From NCBI GenBank assembly GCA_023245155.1, contig JAHFKV010000001.1, forward strand, positions 395,034 to 459,033: a stretch of DNA of 64,000 nt, written 5' to 3'. The stretch is from Candidatus Staskawiczbacteria bacterium. Lineage in GTDB: Bacteria > Patescibacteriota > Minisyncoccia > Minisyncoccales > Staskawiczbacteraceae. This document shows positions 55,070 to 62,713 of the stretch, piece after piece. The position numbers and the translations under genes are program-made. Below the pieces are notes generated by a model. It worked only from the letters and a program-made list of their open reading frames with translations. It was not told the origin of the DNA and did no database searches. How positions within the stretch are numbered: position 1 is the first letter of the stretch; the number at the start of each line of letters is the position of its first letter.

Positions 55070-55163
55070 GAATAAGGTGTCGCAACAGAAATAAGGCCTC
55101 AAAGTAACGGTATAGTTTAGCCTTATTTCTGAAGTGAATTTCTCACTTCGTTCCAAATTCATG
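55070..55163 (+). promoter_or_regulatory. conserved two-hairpin 5' leader, copy 5 of 5 (upstream of rplU)
   Basis: GAATAAGGTGTCGCAA box. Hairpin 1 is CAGAAATAAGGC (55086-55097) / GCCTTATTTCTG (55120-55131), followed by AA. Then GTGAATTT...AAATTCAT. The element ends at ATG 55161. Confidence 0.8.
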
Positions 55164-55475
55164 ACATTTGCAGTTATTAAGACTGGCGGGAAACAGTATT
55201 TGGTTTCCCCTGGTGACAAATTAGAAGTGGAATTATTGGATGGCGCTGTTGCAGGTAAGGAAGTTAGCTTCCCCGAGGTTTTACTGTCTGAGAAAGATGG
55301 AAAATTACAGATTGGCGCGCCGCTGGTCAAGGGAGCAGAAGTAAAAGCGAAAGTATTAGGCCAGACCAAGGGAGAGAAACTCATTATTTTTAAATATAAA
55401 CCCAAGAAACGATACAGGCGAAAAATCGGACACCGTCAGAAGTTTACCGAAGTGGAAATTACGTCAATAAATTAA
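55161..55475 (+). CDS. rplU: 50S ribosomal protein L21
   Basis: MTFAVIKTGGKQYLVSPGDKLEVE...FKYKPKKRYRRKIGHRQKFTEVEI. Confidence 0.9.
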   Translation: MTFAVIKTGGKQYLVSPGDKLEVELLDGAVAGKEVSFPEVLLSEKDGKLQIGAPLVKGAEVKAKVLGQTKGEKLIIFKYKPKKRYRRKIGHRQKFTEVEITSIN

Positions 55476-55500
55476 AACCCGCTCGTTGCGGGTTTTGTTT
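55476..55500 (+). terminator. intrinsic terminator after rplU
   Basis: AACCCGC tcgtt GCGGGTT TTGTTTT. Confidence 0.7.
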
Positions 55501-55508
55501 TAAAGAGC

Positions 55509-56414
55509 ATGCATATTATTGATACTAGACAATTCTCAAGAGAGTTCATGGATAAGATTTTTGTTTTGGCGGAAAAGATGAGACAGATAGTGTTATCACG
55601 CCAGCCTTCAATTATTTTAAAAAATAAAAAAATGATAGCGTTATTCCATGAACCTAGTACCAGAACCCGGCTTTCTTTTGAGATGGCGATGTCGTATCTG
55701 GGCGGGCATTTTTTTTCAACTCCAAATGCTAGCGAGTCCTCTTCCGCTAGTAAGGGGGAAACTGTGGAAGACACGATAAAGGTGTTACAAGGATATGCTC
55801 TGGACGTAATTGTATTAAGACACCATGAAGATGGATTTGCTGCCAGGGCCGCGCAGGCTTCTTTAGTTCCCATTATTAACGCTGGCGATGGAAAAAACCA
55901 ACATCCCACGCAAGCCTTAATTGACCTTTATACCATGCAAGAAAAATTTGGTAAAATTGATGGTTTGCGTGTTGCGATGGTGGGAGATTTGGCTCATTAC
56001 CGGAGTATCAGGTCGCTTTGTTTCGCGTTGGCTAAATTTAAAAAAATAACAATATATTTGGTATCGCCCGTGAGCTTTCGGATAAAAGATGATGTTAAAA
56101 ACTATTTAACAAAGCATGAGGTTTGGTTTTTGGAATCTGATAATTTACAAAAAGTTGCGCCGTTGGTGGATGTGATATATCAGACTAGAATCCAAAAAGA
56201 ACGGGGCATTCATTTTGACAACACGGATTTTATGATTAACAAAAAAATATTAAGTCTCATGAAAAAAGAAGCAATCGTGATGCATCCGCTGCCGCGAGTA
56301 GATGAAATCTCACTTGACGTGGATGAAGACCCGCGTGCTTATTATTTTAAGCAGGCTGAAAATGGATTGTATGTCAGAATGGCTTTACTCAAAACAATGC
56401 TCGTGAGAGAATGA
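55509..56414 (+). CDS. pyrB: aspartate carbamoyltransferase catalytic subunit
   Basis: HEPSTRTRLSFEMA, HPTQALIDLYT and MHPLPR are ATCase-type rather than OTCase-type motifs. Confidence 0.75.
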   Translation: MHIIDTRQFSREFMDKIFVLAEKMRQIVLSRQPSIILKNKKMIALFHEPSTRTRLSFEMAMSYLGGHFFSTPNASESSSASKGETVEDTIKVLQGYALDVIVLRHHEDGFAARAAQASLVPIINAGDGKNQHPTQALIDLYTMQEKFGKIDGLRVAMVGDLAHYRSIRSLCFALAKFKKITIYLVSPVSFRIKDDVKNYLTKHEVWFLESDNLQKVAPLVDVIYQTRIQKERGIHFDNTDFMINKKILSLMKKEAIVMHPLPRVDEISLDVDEDPRAYYFKQAENGLYVRMALLKTMLVRE

Positions 56415-56418
56415 ACCC

Positions 56419-57171
56419 ATGCGTAATTTACAAAATCAAATTCGATGGATTTTGCAAGAGAAATATGCTGGCAAAATGACGGCTGGTGCCAGAAAAGATA
56501 TTGCACGGCTAAAAACGGGGGAGCCGTTGGACCACATTATTGGTTTTGTAGAGTTTTTGGGGTGCAAGATTTTGGTGAATAAAGACGTGCTGATTCCGCG
56601 GTTTGAAACAGAGTTTTGGGTGGAAAAAGCTGTAGACGAGTTAAAGGTTATCAAGTTATCAAGTTATAAAGTTTTGGATATGTTTGCGGGATCGGGGGCG
56701 GTCGGGATAGCTATTATGCGACACGTGAAAAATACGCGCGTAGTTTTTGCAGAATCAGAAAAAGAGGCAGTCAGAAAAATAAAAATAAATTGTAAAAAGA
56801 ATAAGATTCCAGAAAAAAGATACGAAATTATTCAGTCAGATATTTTCGAGAAGGTGAAGGGTGGATTTGATTATATTTTTGCTAATCCGCCGTACATACC
56901 TAATAACCAAAAAACAAGAAACAAGATACAAAAATCCGTGATTGATTATGAGCCACATGCGGCATTGTTTGGCGGGAAAGATGGGTTGCTATATATCAGG
57001 AAATTTTTGGCATCCGCCAAAAATTTCCTTAATCCGAACGGCAAGCTCTACATAGAATTTGATTCTCTTCAAAAACCGGCTATTGCCAAGCTTTTACAAC
57101 AAAACGGCTACAAGAAATGGGATTTCCACAGGGACCAATATGGCAAGTGGAGATACGTAGTGGTACAATAG
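56419..57171 (+). CDS. prmC: release factor glutamine N5-methyltransferase (HemK/PrmC)
   Basis: VLIPRFETE, DMFAGSGAVGIA and the FANPPYIP motif. Confidence 0.75.
   Translation: MRNLQNQIRWILQEKYAGKMTAGARKDIARLKTGEPLDHIIGFVEFLGCKILVNKDVLIPRFETEFWVEKAVDELKVIKLSSYKVLDMFAGSGAVGIAIMRHVKNTRVVFAESEKEAVRKIKINCKKNKIPEKRYEIIQSDIFEKVKGGFDYIFANPPYIPNNQKTRNKIQKSVIDYEPHAALFGGKDGLLYIRKFLASAKNFLNPNGKLYIEFDSLQKPAIAKLLQQNGYKKWDFHRDQYGKWRYVVVQ
56647..56678 (+). repeat. tandem octamer GTTATMAA array inside prmC
   Basis: GTTATCAA GTTATCAA GTTATAAA GTTTTGGA. Shares 21 identical nt, in the same reading frame (KLSSYKV), with rnhB 24478-24498. Confidence 0.7.
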
Positions 57172-57177
57172 ATCAAT

Positions 57178-57765
57178 ATGAAAAATAATCAATCTGGTTC
57201 CATCTCAAGGGGCCTTATCATTATCGCGGTGGTAGTGCTTTTGGCGATTGTGTTTGTGTATGGCATTATTAAATACACCGCAAACCGTAAAGCCCAGCAA
57301 GTTTCAAAGGCAGAGGCTGAAAAAACTGCCAATGAACCCCCTAAACCCGTGTATGACCTAACCTTGGGCGATACCCGATTTTTATTTGATTCAGCGGTTG
57401 ACTTGGGTCCAGTGATTAAGGCAGAAACCACGTATCAGCAAGATTTAACCACTACCGAACGCTTTATCCAGGTTAGCGTACGCGCCCAAAATAAAGGCAA
57501 AATTGACACCATGGCCTATTCCTGGGATATTGGTAACATTATTGATTCTAACGGGCGCAATTTTATCCCCGATGATAATGCGTATTATTTTTTACCGCGG
57601 CCGAATTTGTGCGGTGCCGTTTTAAAGCCCGAATTTGAACCAACCCCTTGTGTTAAAATTTATGAAGTTTCGAAAGTTTCCACCCATCTTAAAATAGAAG
57701 TGAACATGACTCCCACCAATTCCGCCAAAAAACAAGAAGGCTTTTTAGATTTAAATGTGCAGTAA
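57178..57765 (+). CDS. membrane-anchored extracellular protein (DUF4352-like beta-sandwich, tentative)
   Basis: N-terminal TM helix. RFIQVSVRAQNKGK...WDIGNIIDSNGRNF resembles DUF4352. Confidence 0.35.
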   Translation: MKNNQSGSISRGLIIIAVVVLLAIVFVYGIIKYTANRKAQQVSKAEAEKTANEPPKPVYDLTLGDTRFLFDSAVDLGPVIKAETTYQQDLTTTERFIQVSVRAQNKGKIDTMAYSWDIGNIIDSNGRNFIPDDNAYYFLPRPNLCGAVLKPEFEPTPCVKIYEVSKVSTHLKIEVNMTPTNSAKKQEGFLDLNVQ

Positions 57766-57770
57766 ACCAT

Positions 57771-58151
57771 ATGCCAGCCATACCAAACAATAATGATGAA
57801 AAAAATAAGGACTACCTGGAAGTTGCTCCAGCCCCAAAAACGCCAGAGGTGGTAGAGGCCTCCCCCGGAAAAGAAAATTCCATGCCTGAGCAAGAACCCG
57901 ACCAGCAAGAATTAAGGGAAGCGATGGAGAAATTGGGTTTAGATGACGCGGCTCCCGTAAAGGCAGCTGCTGCCCCCAAAGCAGATACTAAAGTGCAGGA
58001 AGAAAAAATCCGTAAATTAATGGATGTGGCAAAAGAAAAGGGAGTGATTTTTGCGGTGGCTTTAGCCAAAAGAATGGATGACCCTTACATGTTAGACATG
58101 TTCCATGACGCCCTGGCCCAACACGGGCTTTACGAGAAGTTTAAAAAATAG
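57771..58151 (+). CDS. hypothetical acidic protein
   Basis: 126 aa; no family recognised. Confidence 0.4.
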   Translation: MPAIPNNNDEKNKDYLEVAPAPKTPEVVEASPGKENSMPEQEPDQQELREAMEKLGLDDAAPVKAAAAPKADTKVQEEKIRKLMDVAKEKGVIFAVALAKRMDDPYMLDMFHDALAQHGLYEKFKK

Positions 58152-58153
58152 TT

Positions 58154-60625
58154 TTGCACATGCCTTTTATTTTACTCGGCCTCATTATTGTCTTTTGCCT
58201 GGTTATCTTGGCCCTGGTGATTGCGCTTTTTTCTGAGCAGTCAGAGAAAAATGCGGTTTTTGGCGGATTGGAAACAGTCTTGTTTTTGGTGATGATGCCC
58301 AAAAACGAATCCAAGCAGGAAGGCGAAGAAAAAAAAGAAGAAAAATTGATTATTTCCCAGATGGAGCAAGTGCTGGCTAATTTTTTGTATTTAAAAAAAC
58401 CGAAGCTGTTTGGCTTAAAACCTTCGGTGGCATTGGAAATTGCTTCGCAAATCGGCAGTTCTGATATTTCTTTTTATGTGTGTGTTCCAAAATATTTAGA
58501 GAGCGTGTTTGAAAAGTATGTGCAAGGAGTGTATCCGCGGGCGGTGGTTGATAAAATTCCCCAAGATTACACGATTTTTGAACCCCAGGGCAAAACTGCC
58601 GGCGCCTACTTAAAGTTGCGGGAAAACGCCTTGTTCCCCATTAGTACGTACCAGAAGTTGGAAAAGGATCCTATTTCTGCTATTACCAATAACCTGAGTA
58701 AAATAGCGCCTAATGAGGGCGCGGCTATCCAAATTATGATCCGGCCGGCTTCGGGTTTTAACTTGCGCAAAAAAGGCGAAAAGGTGCTGCAAAAAATCCG
58801 GGAAGGCAAATCTGTGCGCATGGCGGTGGCAGAATCCGAGCATGGGATTTTCCGCCAACTGCTTTCAGAATTATTTAAGCCATCCCCCAAAAAACCTAAA
58901 GATCCCCAAGCCCTTGAGAAAAAAGAGCAGGGGTTTGACCAGGTGGCTTATGATGCGGTGCAAAGCAAAATACAAAAGCAGCCATTTGAAACTAATGTGC
59001 GTATTATGGCTTCGGCCCAAACCAAAGAACGGGCTGAAGATATTTTGAGCCACTTAATCGGTTCGTTTAACCAGTTTGCGCTTTCAGCCATTAACAGTTT
59101 GGAGGCGGTAGAAATGAAAGGCAGCTGGCTGAAAAAGTTCGTCTATGACTTTTCTTTCCGGTTATTTAGTGATCGCCAAAAAAACATTTTAAATACCGAG
59201 GAACTGGTCAGTTTATACCATTTCCCAACCCATTGGATTGAAACACCTTACATCAAGGCAGCTAAATCCGCGGCTGCTCCGCCCCCGGCTGATTTGCCTG
59301 AAACCGGTCCTTTGCTCATGGGCAAAGTAGATTTTCGCGGCGAAGAAAAAAAGATTTATTTTGCCTCAAGGCAAGATCGGCGTCGCCACTTGTATGTAGT
59401 TGGGCAAACGGGTACGGGAAAATCCACCTTTATGGAAGAAATGGCTATCCAAGACATTAAAAATGGGGAAGGAGTCGCTATTGTTGATCCGCACGGCGAC
59501 TTTGTGGAACACGTGCTGGCTAATATTCCCAAAAACCGGGTGGATGACGTAGTTCTTTTTGAACCGTTTGACCAAACTAGGCCTATGGGCTTGAACATGC
59601 TTGAATATGAAACGCCCGAACAGAAAGATTTTGCCGTGCAGGAAATGATTGCCATTTTTTATAAGCTATTTCCACCCGAAATCATCGGCCCCATGTTCGA
59701 GCACTACATGCGTAACGCTATGCTGGCGTTAATGGCCGATCCCGCTAATCCGGGTACCTTAGTGGAAATTCCTAAAATGTTCACGGACCCGGTCTTTTTA
59801 CAAGAGCGCTTGGCAAAGGTGACTGATCCTGTGGTGCGGCAGTTCTGGGTTAAAGAATGGGCCGCCACCACCGGAAACACGCGGAGCGATATGTTGGGGT
59901 ATGTGGTTTCTAAAGTTGGCCGGTTTATTGAAAACGAAATGATGCGCAATATTATCGGTCAGAGCCGCAGCGGTTTTGATTTGACCAAGATTATGAATGA
60001 AAAGAAAATTTTCCTGGCCAATTTGTCAAAGGGCCAGACCGGCGAGGTAAATAGCAGCTTACTAGGCCTGATTTTGGTTTCTAAAATCCAGATGGCAGCC
60101 ATGCGTCGGGCCAGTATGAAGGATGAAGACCGCGTAGATTTTTATTTATACATTGATGAATTTCAAAATTTCACCACCGACAGCATTTCAACTATTTTGT
60201 CAGAAGCTCGGAAATACAAGCTGAATTTAATTATGGCTCACCAATTTATTCCCCAGTTGACTGACGAAATCAAGAATGCGGTGCTGGGCAACGTGGGCAG
60301 CATAGGAGCCTTCCGGATTGGCGCTGAAGATGCCGAGTTTTTAGAAAAACAGTTTGAACCCGGCTTCAGCCGCTTTGACCTGGTGAACTTGGATAACTTT
60401 ACTCTGGTGATGAAAATGATGTTGAATAACAAAATTTCCACGCCATTTAAAATGCAGATTTATCCGCCAAGCAATGGCCGGCCGGAAATTATTGAGCCGC
60501 TCAAAAAAATCTCAAAATTAAAGTATGGCAAACCCAAAGCCATAGTGGAAGCAGATATTCTTAAACGTTCGTTTACGTCCACGCCCGTGGCACCACAAAC
60601 TCCACCGCCGTTGTCAAAAAGATAA
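58154..60625 (+). CDS. membrane-anchored TraD/TrwB/VirD4-like (DUF87/AAA_10-type) P-loop ATPase
   Basis: N-terminal TM helix, Walker A VVGQTGTGKST, Walker B FYLYIDEFQNF, then LIMAHQ. Confidence 0.5.
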   Translation: MHMPFILLGLIIVFCLVILALVIALFSEQSEKNAVFGGLETVLFLVMMPKNESKQEGEEKKEEKLIISQMEQVLANFLYLKKPKLFGLKPSVALEIASQIGSSDISFYVCVPKYLESVFEKYVQGVYPRAVVDKIPQDYTIFEPQGKTAGAYLKLRENALFPISTYQKLEKDPISAITNNLSKIAPNEGAAIQIMIRPASGFNLRKKGEKVLQKIREGKSVRMAVAESEHGIFRQLLSELFKPSPKKPKDPQALEKKEQGFDQVAYDAVQSKIQKQPFETNVRIMASAQTKERAEDILSHLIGSFNQFALSAINSLEAVEMKGSWLKKFVYDFSFRLFSDRQKNILNTEELVSLYHFPTHWIETPYIKAAKSAAAPPPADLPETGPLLMGKVDFRGEEKKIYFASRQDRRRHLYVVGQTGTGKSTFMEEMAIQDIKNGEGVAIVDPHGDFVEHVLANIPKNRVDDVVLFEPFDQTRPMGLNMLEYETPEQKDFAVQEMIAIFYKLFPPEIIGPMFEHYMRNAMLALMADPANPGTLVEIPKMFTDPVFLQERLAKVTDPVVRQFWVKEWAATTGNTRSDMLGYVVSKVGRFIENEMMRNIIGQSRSGFDLTKIMNEKKIFLANLSKGQTGEVNSSLLGLILVSKIQMAAMRRASMKDEDRVDFYLYIDEFQNFTTDSISTILSEARKYKLNLIMAHQFIPQLTDEIKNAVLGNVGSIGAFRIGAEDAEFLEKQFEPGFSRFDLVNLDNFTLVMKMMLNNKISTPFKMQIYPPSNGRPEIIEPLKKISKLKYGKPKAIVEADILKRSFTSTPVAPQTPPPLSKR

Positions 60626-60693
60626 AATAATGGTAGTATGAGCGTAGAACCTTCGCGCGTGCGTTGGATTAGTTTCTTTGGTGGGAGATTCCC

Positions 60694-61134
60694 ATGAATC
60701 AGGCTGAGATCTACGAGAAGGTGTCCGCGACCCTGGTTGACGCGCTGAACCTTGACCAGGACGAGATTAAGCCAACCTCGACGTTGCAAGGCGACCTGGG
60801 AGCCGAATCAATCGACTTCCTGGATGTCATCTTCCGCCTGGAGCGTGAGTTCGCCATCAAGATCCCGCGCAACGAATTGTTTCCGGAATCGATTTTTCAA
60901 GGCGACCCCGAATACTTTGACGAAAACGGGCTGGTCAATCAAAAGGGTCTGCAGTTACTGCGCGAGAAGATGCCCTTTGCCGACATCAGTAAGTTCGAGA
61001 GGAACCCCGAGTTGTCGGCTATCAGCGACCTGTTTACGGTTGACATGATCTGCAGGTATATCGAAAGCAAGCTTGGCTGTTCCCGCGCGGATAAGCCACG
61101 GGTCGTTCGTAGGCTAGACAGCGAACATTTTTAA
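60694..61134 (+). CDS. acyl-carrier-protein-like protein with a C-terminal extension (GC-rich unit)
   Basis: LQGDLGAESIDFLDVIFRLEREFAIKIP aligns with the ACP helix II region (GADSLD...LEEEFGIEIP) and keeps the Ser. GGTGGGAG SD; terminator at 61152-61197. Confidence 0.5.
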   Translation: MNQAEIYEKVSATLVDALNLDQDEIKPTSTLQGDLGAESIDFLDVIFRLEREFAIKIPRNELFPESIFQGDPEYFDENGLVNQKGLQLLREKMPFADISKFERNPELSAISDLFTVDMICRYIESKLGCSRADKPRVVRRLDSEHF

Positions 61135-61151
61135 GGTTGGAAGTCGCTCTG

Positions 61152-61197
61152 AACCCTGGTCTTCAAGTCGCGTCGCGTGACTTAACCAGGGTTTTTC
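61152..61197 (+). terminator. intrinsic terminator
   Basis: AACCCTGGT/ACCAGGGTT outer stem with a T-run. Confidence 0.65.
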
Positions 61198-61232
61198 TTG
61201 CATTAAAAAACGGGCCTTTCGCCCGATTTTAA

Positions 61233-61799
61233 TTATTCACTGGCTCTCTTTACGTACTCTCCCAGTTCGGTGTTGATTTCAATCACGTCGCCTTCTTCAA
61301 TAAAGAGGGGAACTTGGATGACCGCTCCGGTTTCAAGTATCGCTTCCTTGGTTCCGCCTTGAGCTCTGTCTCCCTTAACTCCCGGAGCTGCTTCCTTCAC
61401 TTTCAAAGCCACTTTAATGGGGCTTTTGACGGTAATGATTTTTTCATCAAATAGCATGCCTGTCACCAAAGAGTTGGGCTTGAAGAATTTTGCGCCCGAC
61501 CCAAAAAAATCTTCGGTAAATGAAAAACGTTTCGAAGGGTTATTAGGTTCGCAAAACCAGTATTCTCCGCGGTTTGAGTACAAAAATTTAATTTCTTTCT
61601 TTTCTAAATTAGCTTCGTTAAACATGTCGCCCTGCTGGAACGTTTTTTCTTGCACAGATCCATTAATCAAATTCTTGATTTTAGTTTGCACCACTGGGCG
61701 TCTCTGGGCCATTTTCACATGCAAAGAATCCAACACTTCATAGGGCTGGTCTTCGAAAATAAATTGAGTTCCTTTTTTTAAATCTGTATGGGTTAACAT
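61233..61799 (-). CDS. efp: elongation factor P
   Basis: Full-length alignment by eye to EF-P (LKKGTQFIFEDQPYEVL..., GVKGDRAQGGTKEA, GAVIQVPLFIEEGDVIEI). The loop reads HVKMAQRRP in place of VKPGKG. Confidence 0.85.
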   Translation of the reverse strand: MLTHTDLKKGTQFIFEDQPYEVLDSLHVKMAQRRPVVQTKIKNLINGSVQEKTFQQGDMFNEANLEKKEIKFLYSNRGEYWFCEPNNPSKRFSFTEDFFGSGAKFFKPNSLVTGMLFDEKIITVKSPIKVALKVKEAAPGVKGDRAQGGTKEAILETGAVIQVPLFIEEGDVIEINTELGEYVKRASE

Positions 61800-61811
61800 G
61801 CGCGTATTTTT

Positions 61812-62468
61812 TTAATCAATTATTTTCCATTCAATTTTGGATTCTTTATCCATGAATTGTAACCATTCACCGTTTTTATTGATAACGTACCATTTTTTCT
61901 TGGATTCTACAAAAACCATCGGGTCGCCCAAATAAAACGGCTTTTTGACAATTTCTTTGGGCTTTAGCCTATCCAATTCTAGCCATTTTTTGAAAACCGT
62001 TTCAATGGCGTAGTCTAATTTGCGGCTATTTGCCCAGGTTGCCACCGTATCAATGGCTTTTTTTGCAGGCTCCACTCCGCCAGCCAGTTCAATTAACTGT
62101 TTGGCCGGCTTGGTGAATCTTGAATAAATTATCTTTCTCTTTTTAGCATTATTTTTCAATTCTTGCAAGCCAAGCCCTTTGCTTTCAAAAAAATGGGTGA
62201 TGATTTGACGGATGCCGGTTTCTTCTTTTAATTTTTCAAAAGAAGTTACTTTTTTACGTTTTAAAAATTCTTCAATTTTTTGCATAGACGAAGTCCCAAC
62301 ACCTTTTATTTTTGGCAACTGGTCTTTTTTTATTTCATAAGGGAGGGCGCGTAAAATTCTGGCCACATTTTTATTGGCATTAATTCGATACGCCGAGTCT
62401 CCCTTAATTTCCAGGAGTCTGGCAATTTCTTCAAAGATGTGTGAAATCTCCTCATTCATTATTTTCAT
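61812..62468 (-). CDS. helix-hairpin-helix protein with a Pol X 8-kDa-like N-terminal domain
   Basis: MKIMNEEISHIFEEIARLLEIKGDSAYRINANKNVARIL...LPKIKGVGTSSMQKIEEFL. The internal Met at 62468 is preferred; the upstream part of the track ORF runs through a GC-rich patch. Confidence 0.5.
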   Translation of the reverse strand: MKIMNEEISHIFEEIARLLEIKGDSAYRINANKNVARILRALPYEIKKDQLPKIKGVGTSSMQKIEEFLKRKKVTSFEKLKEETGIRQIITHFFESKGLGLQELKNNAKKRKIIYSRFTKPAKQLIELAGGVEPAKKAIDTVATWANSRKLDYAIETVFKKWLELDRLKPKEIVKKPFYLGDPMVFVESKKKWYVINKNGEWLQFMDKESKIEWKIID

Positions 62469-62545
62469 CCTACCATTTTTTAAGCAAGAAAAAAGCCCGA
62501 ACGCGCGCGTGGCGTGCGGGCTCCTTCTTCTCTTCGGCAAGAGGG

Positions 62546-62713
62546 TTACAAGGGCTGTACCCCATTGACCAAGAGAAGGGTCTCGTTTCGCTTTTTTGCG
62601 GCAGCAGCTGCTGCCGCACAGGCATCTCCCCGAGACCAACAATTGTCAACCAAGAAGGCTTCCGTGCCAACTTCGCCATTAGTCTTCGTGACCAGGCAGA
62701 AAACGCGGTACAT
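62546..62713 (-). CDS. 55-aa hypothetical protein (GC-rich unit)
   Basis: AAGGAGG 7 nt before the ATG at 62713 (minus strand). Minus-strand promoter TTGACA-17-TATTGT and a terminator at about 62484-62522. Contains an Ala7 run encoded by a 22-bp perfect palindrome. Confidence 0.35.
   Translation of the reverse strand: MYRVFCLVTKTNGEVGTEAFLVDNCWSRGDACAAAAAAAKKRNETLLLVNGVQPL

Noticed and set aside
5703-62522. Shared T-run-CTTG(G/C) tails of the GC-rich unit terminators (5730, 24320, 61192, 62486) as a signature of a common insertion mechanism
   Set aside because: Native terminators in the window end similarly (TTTTTTGGTTGC, TTTTTTGTTGC), and in some cases the CTTG is part of the next promoter's -35 (TTGAC). 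This is not distinctive.
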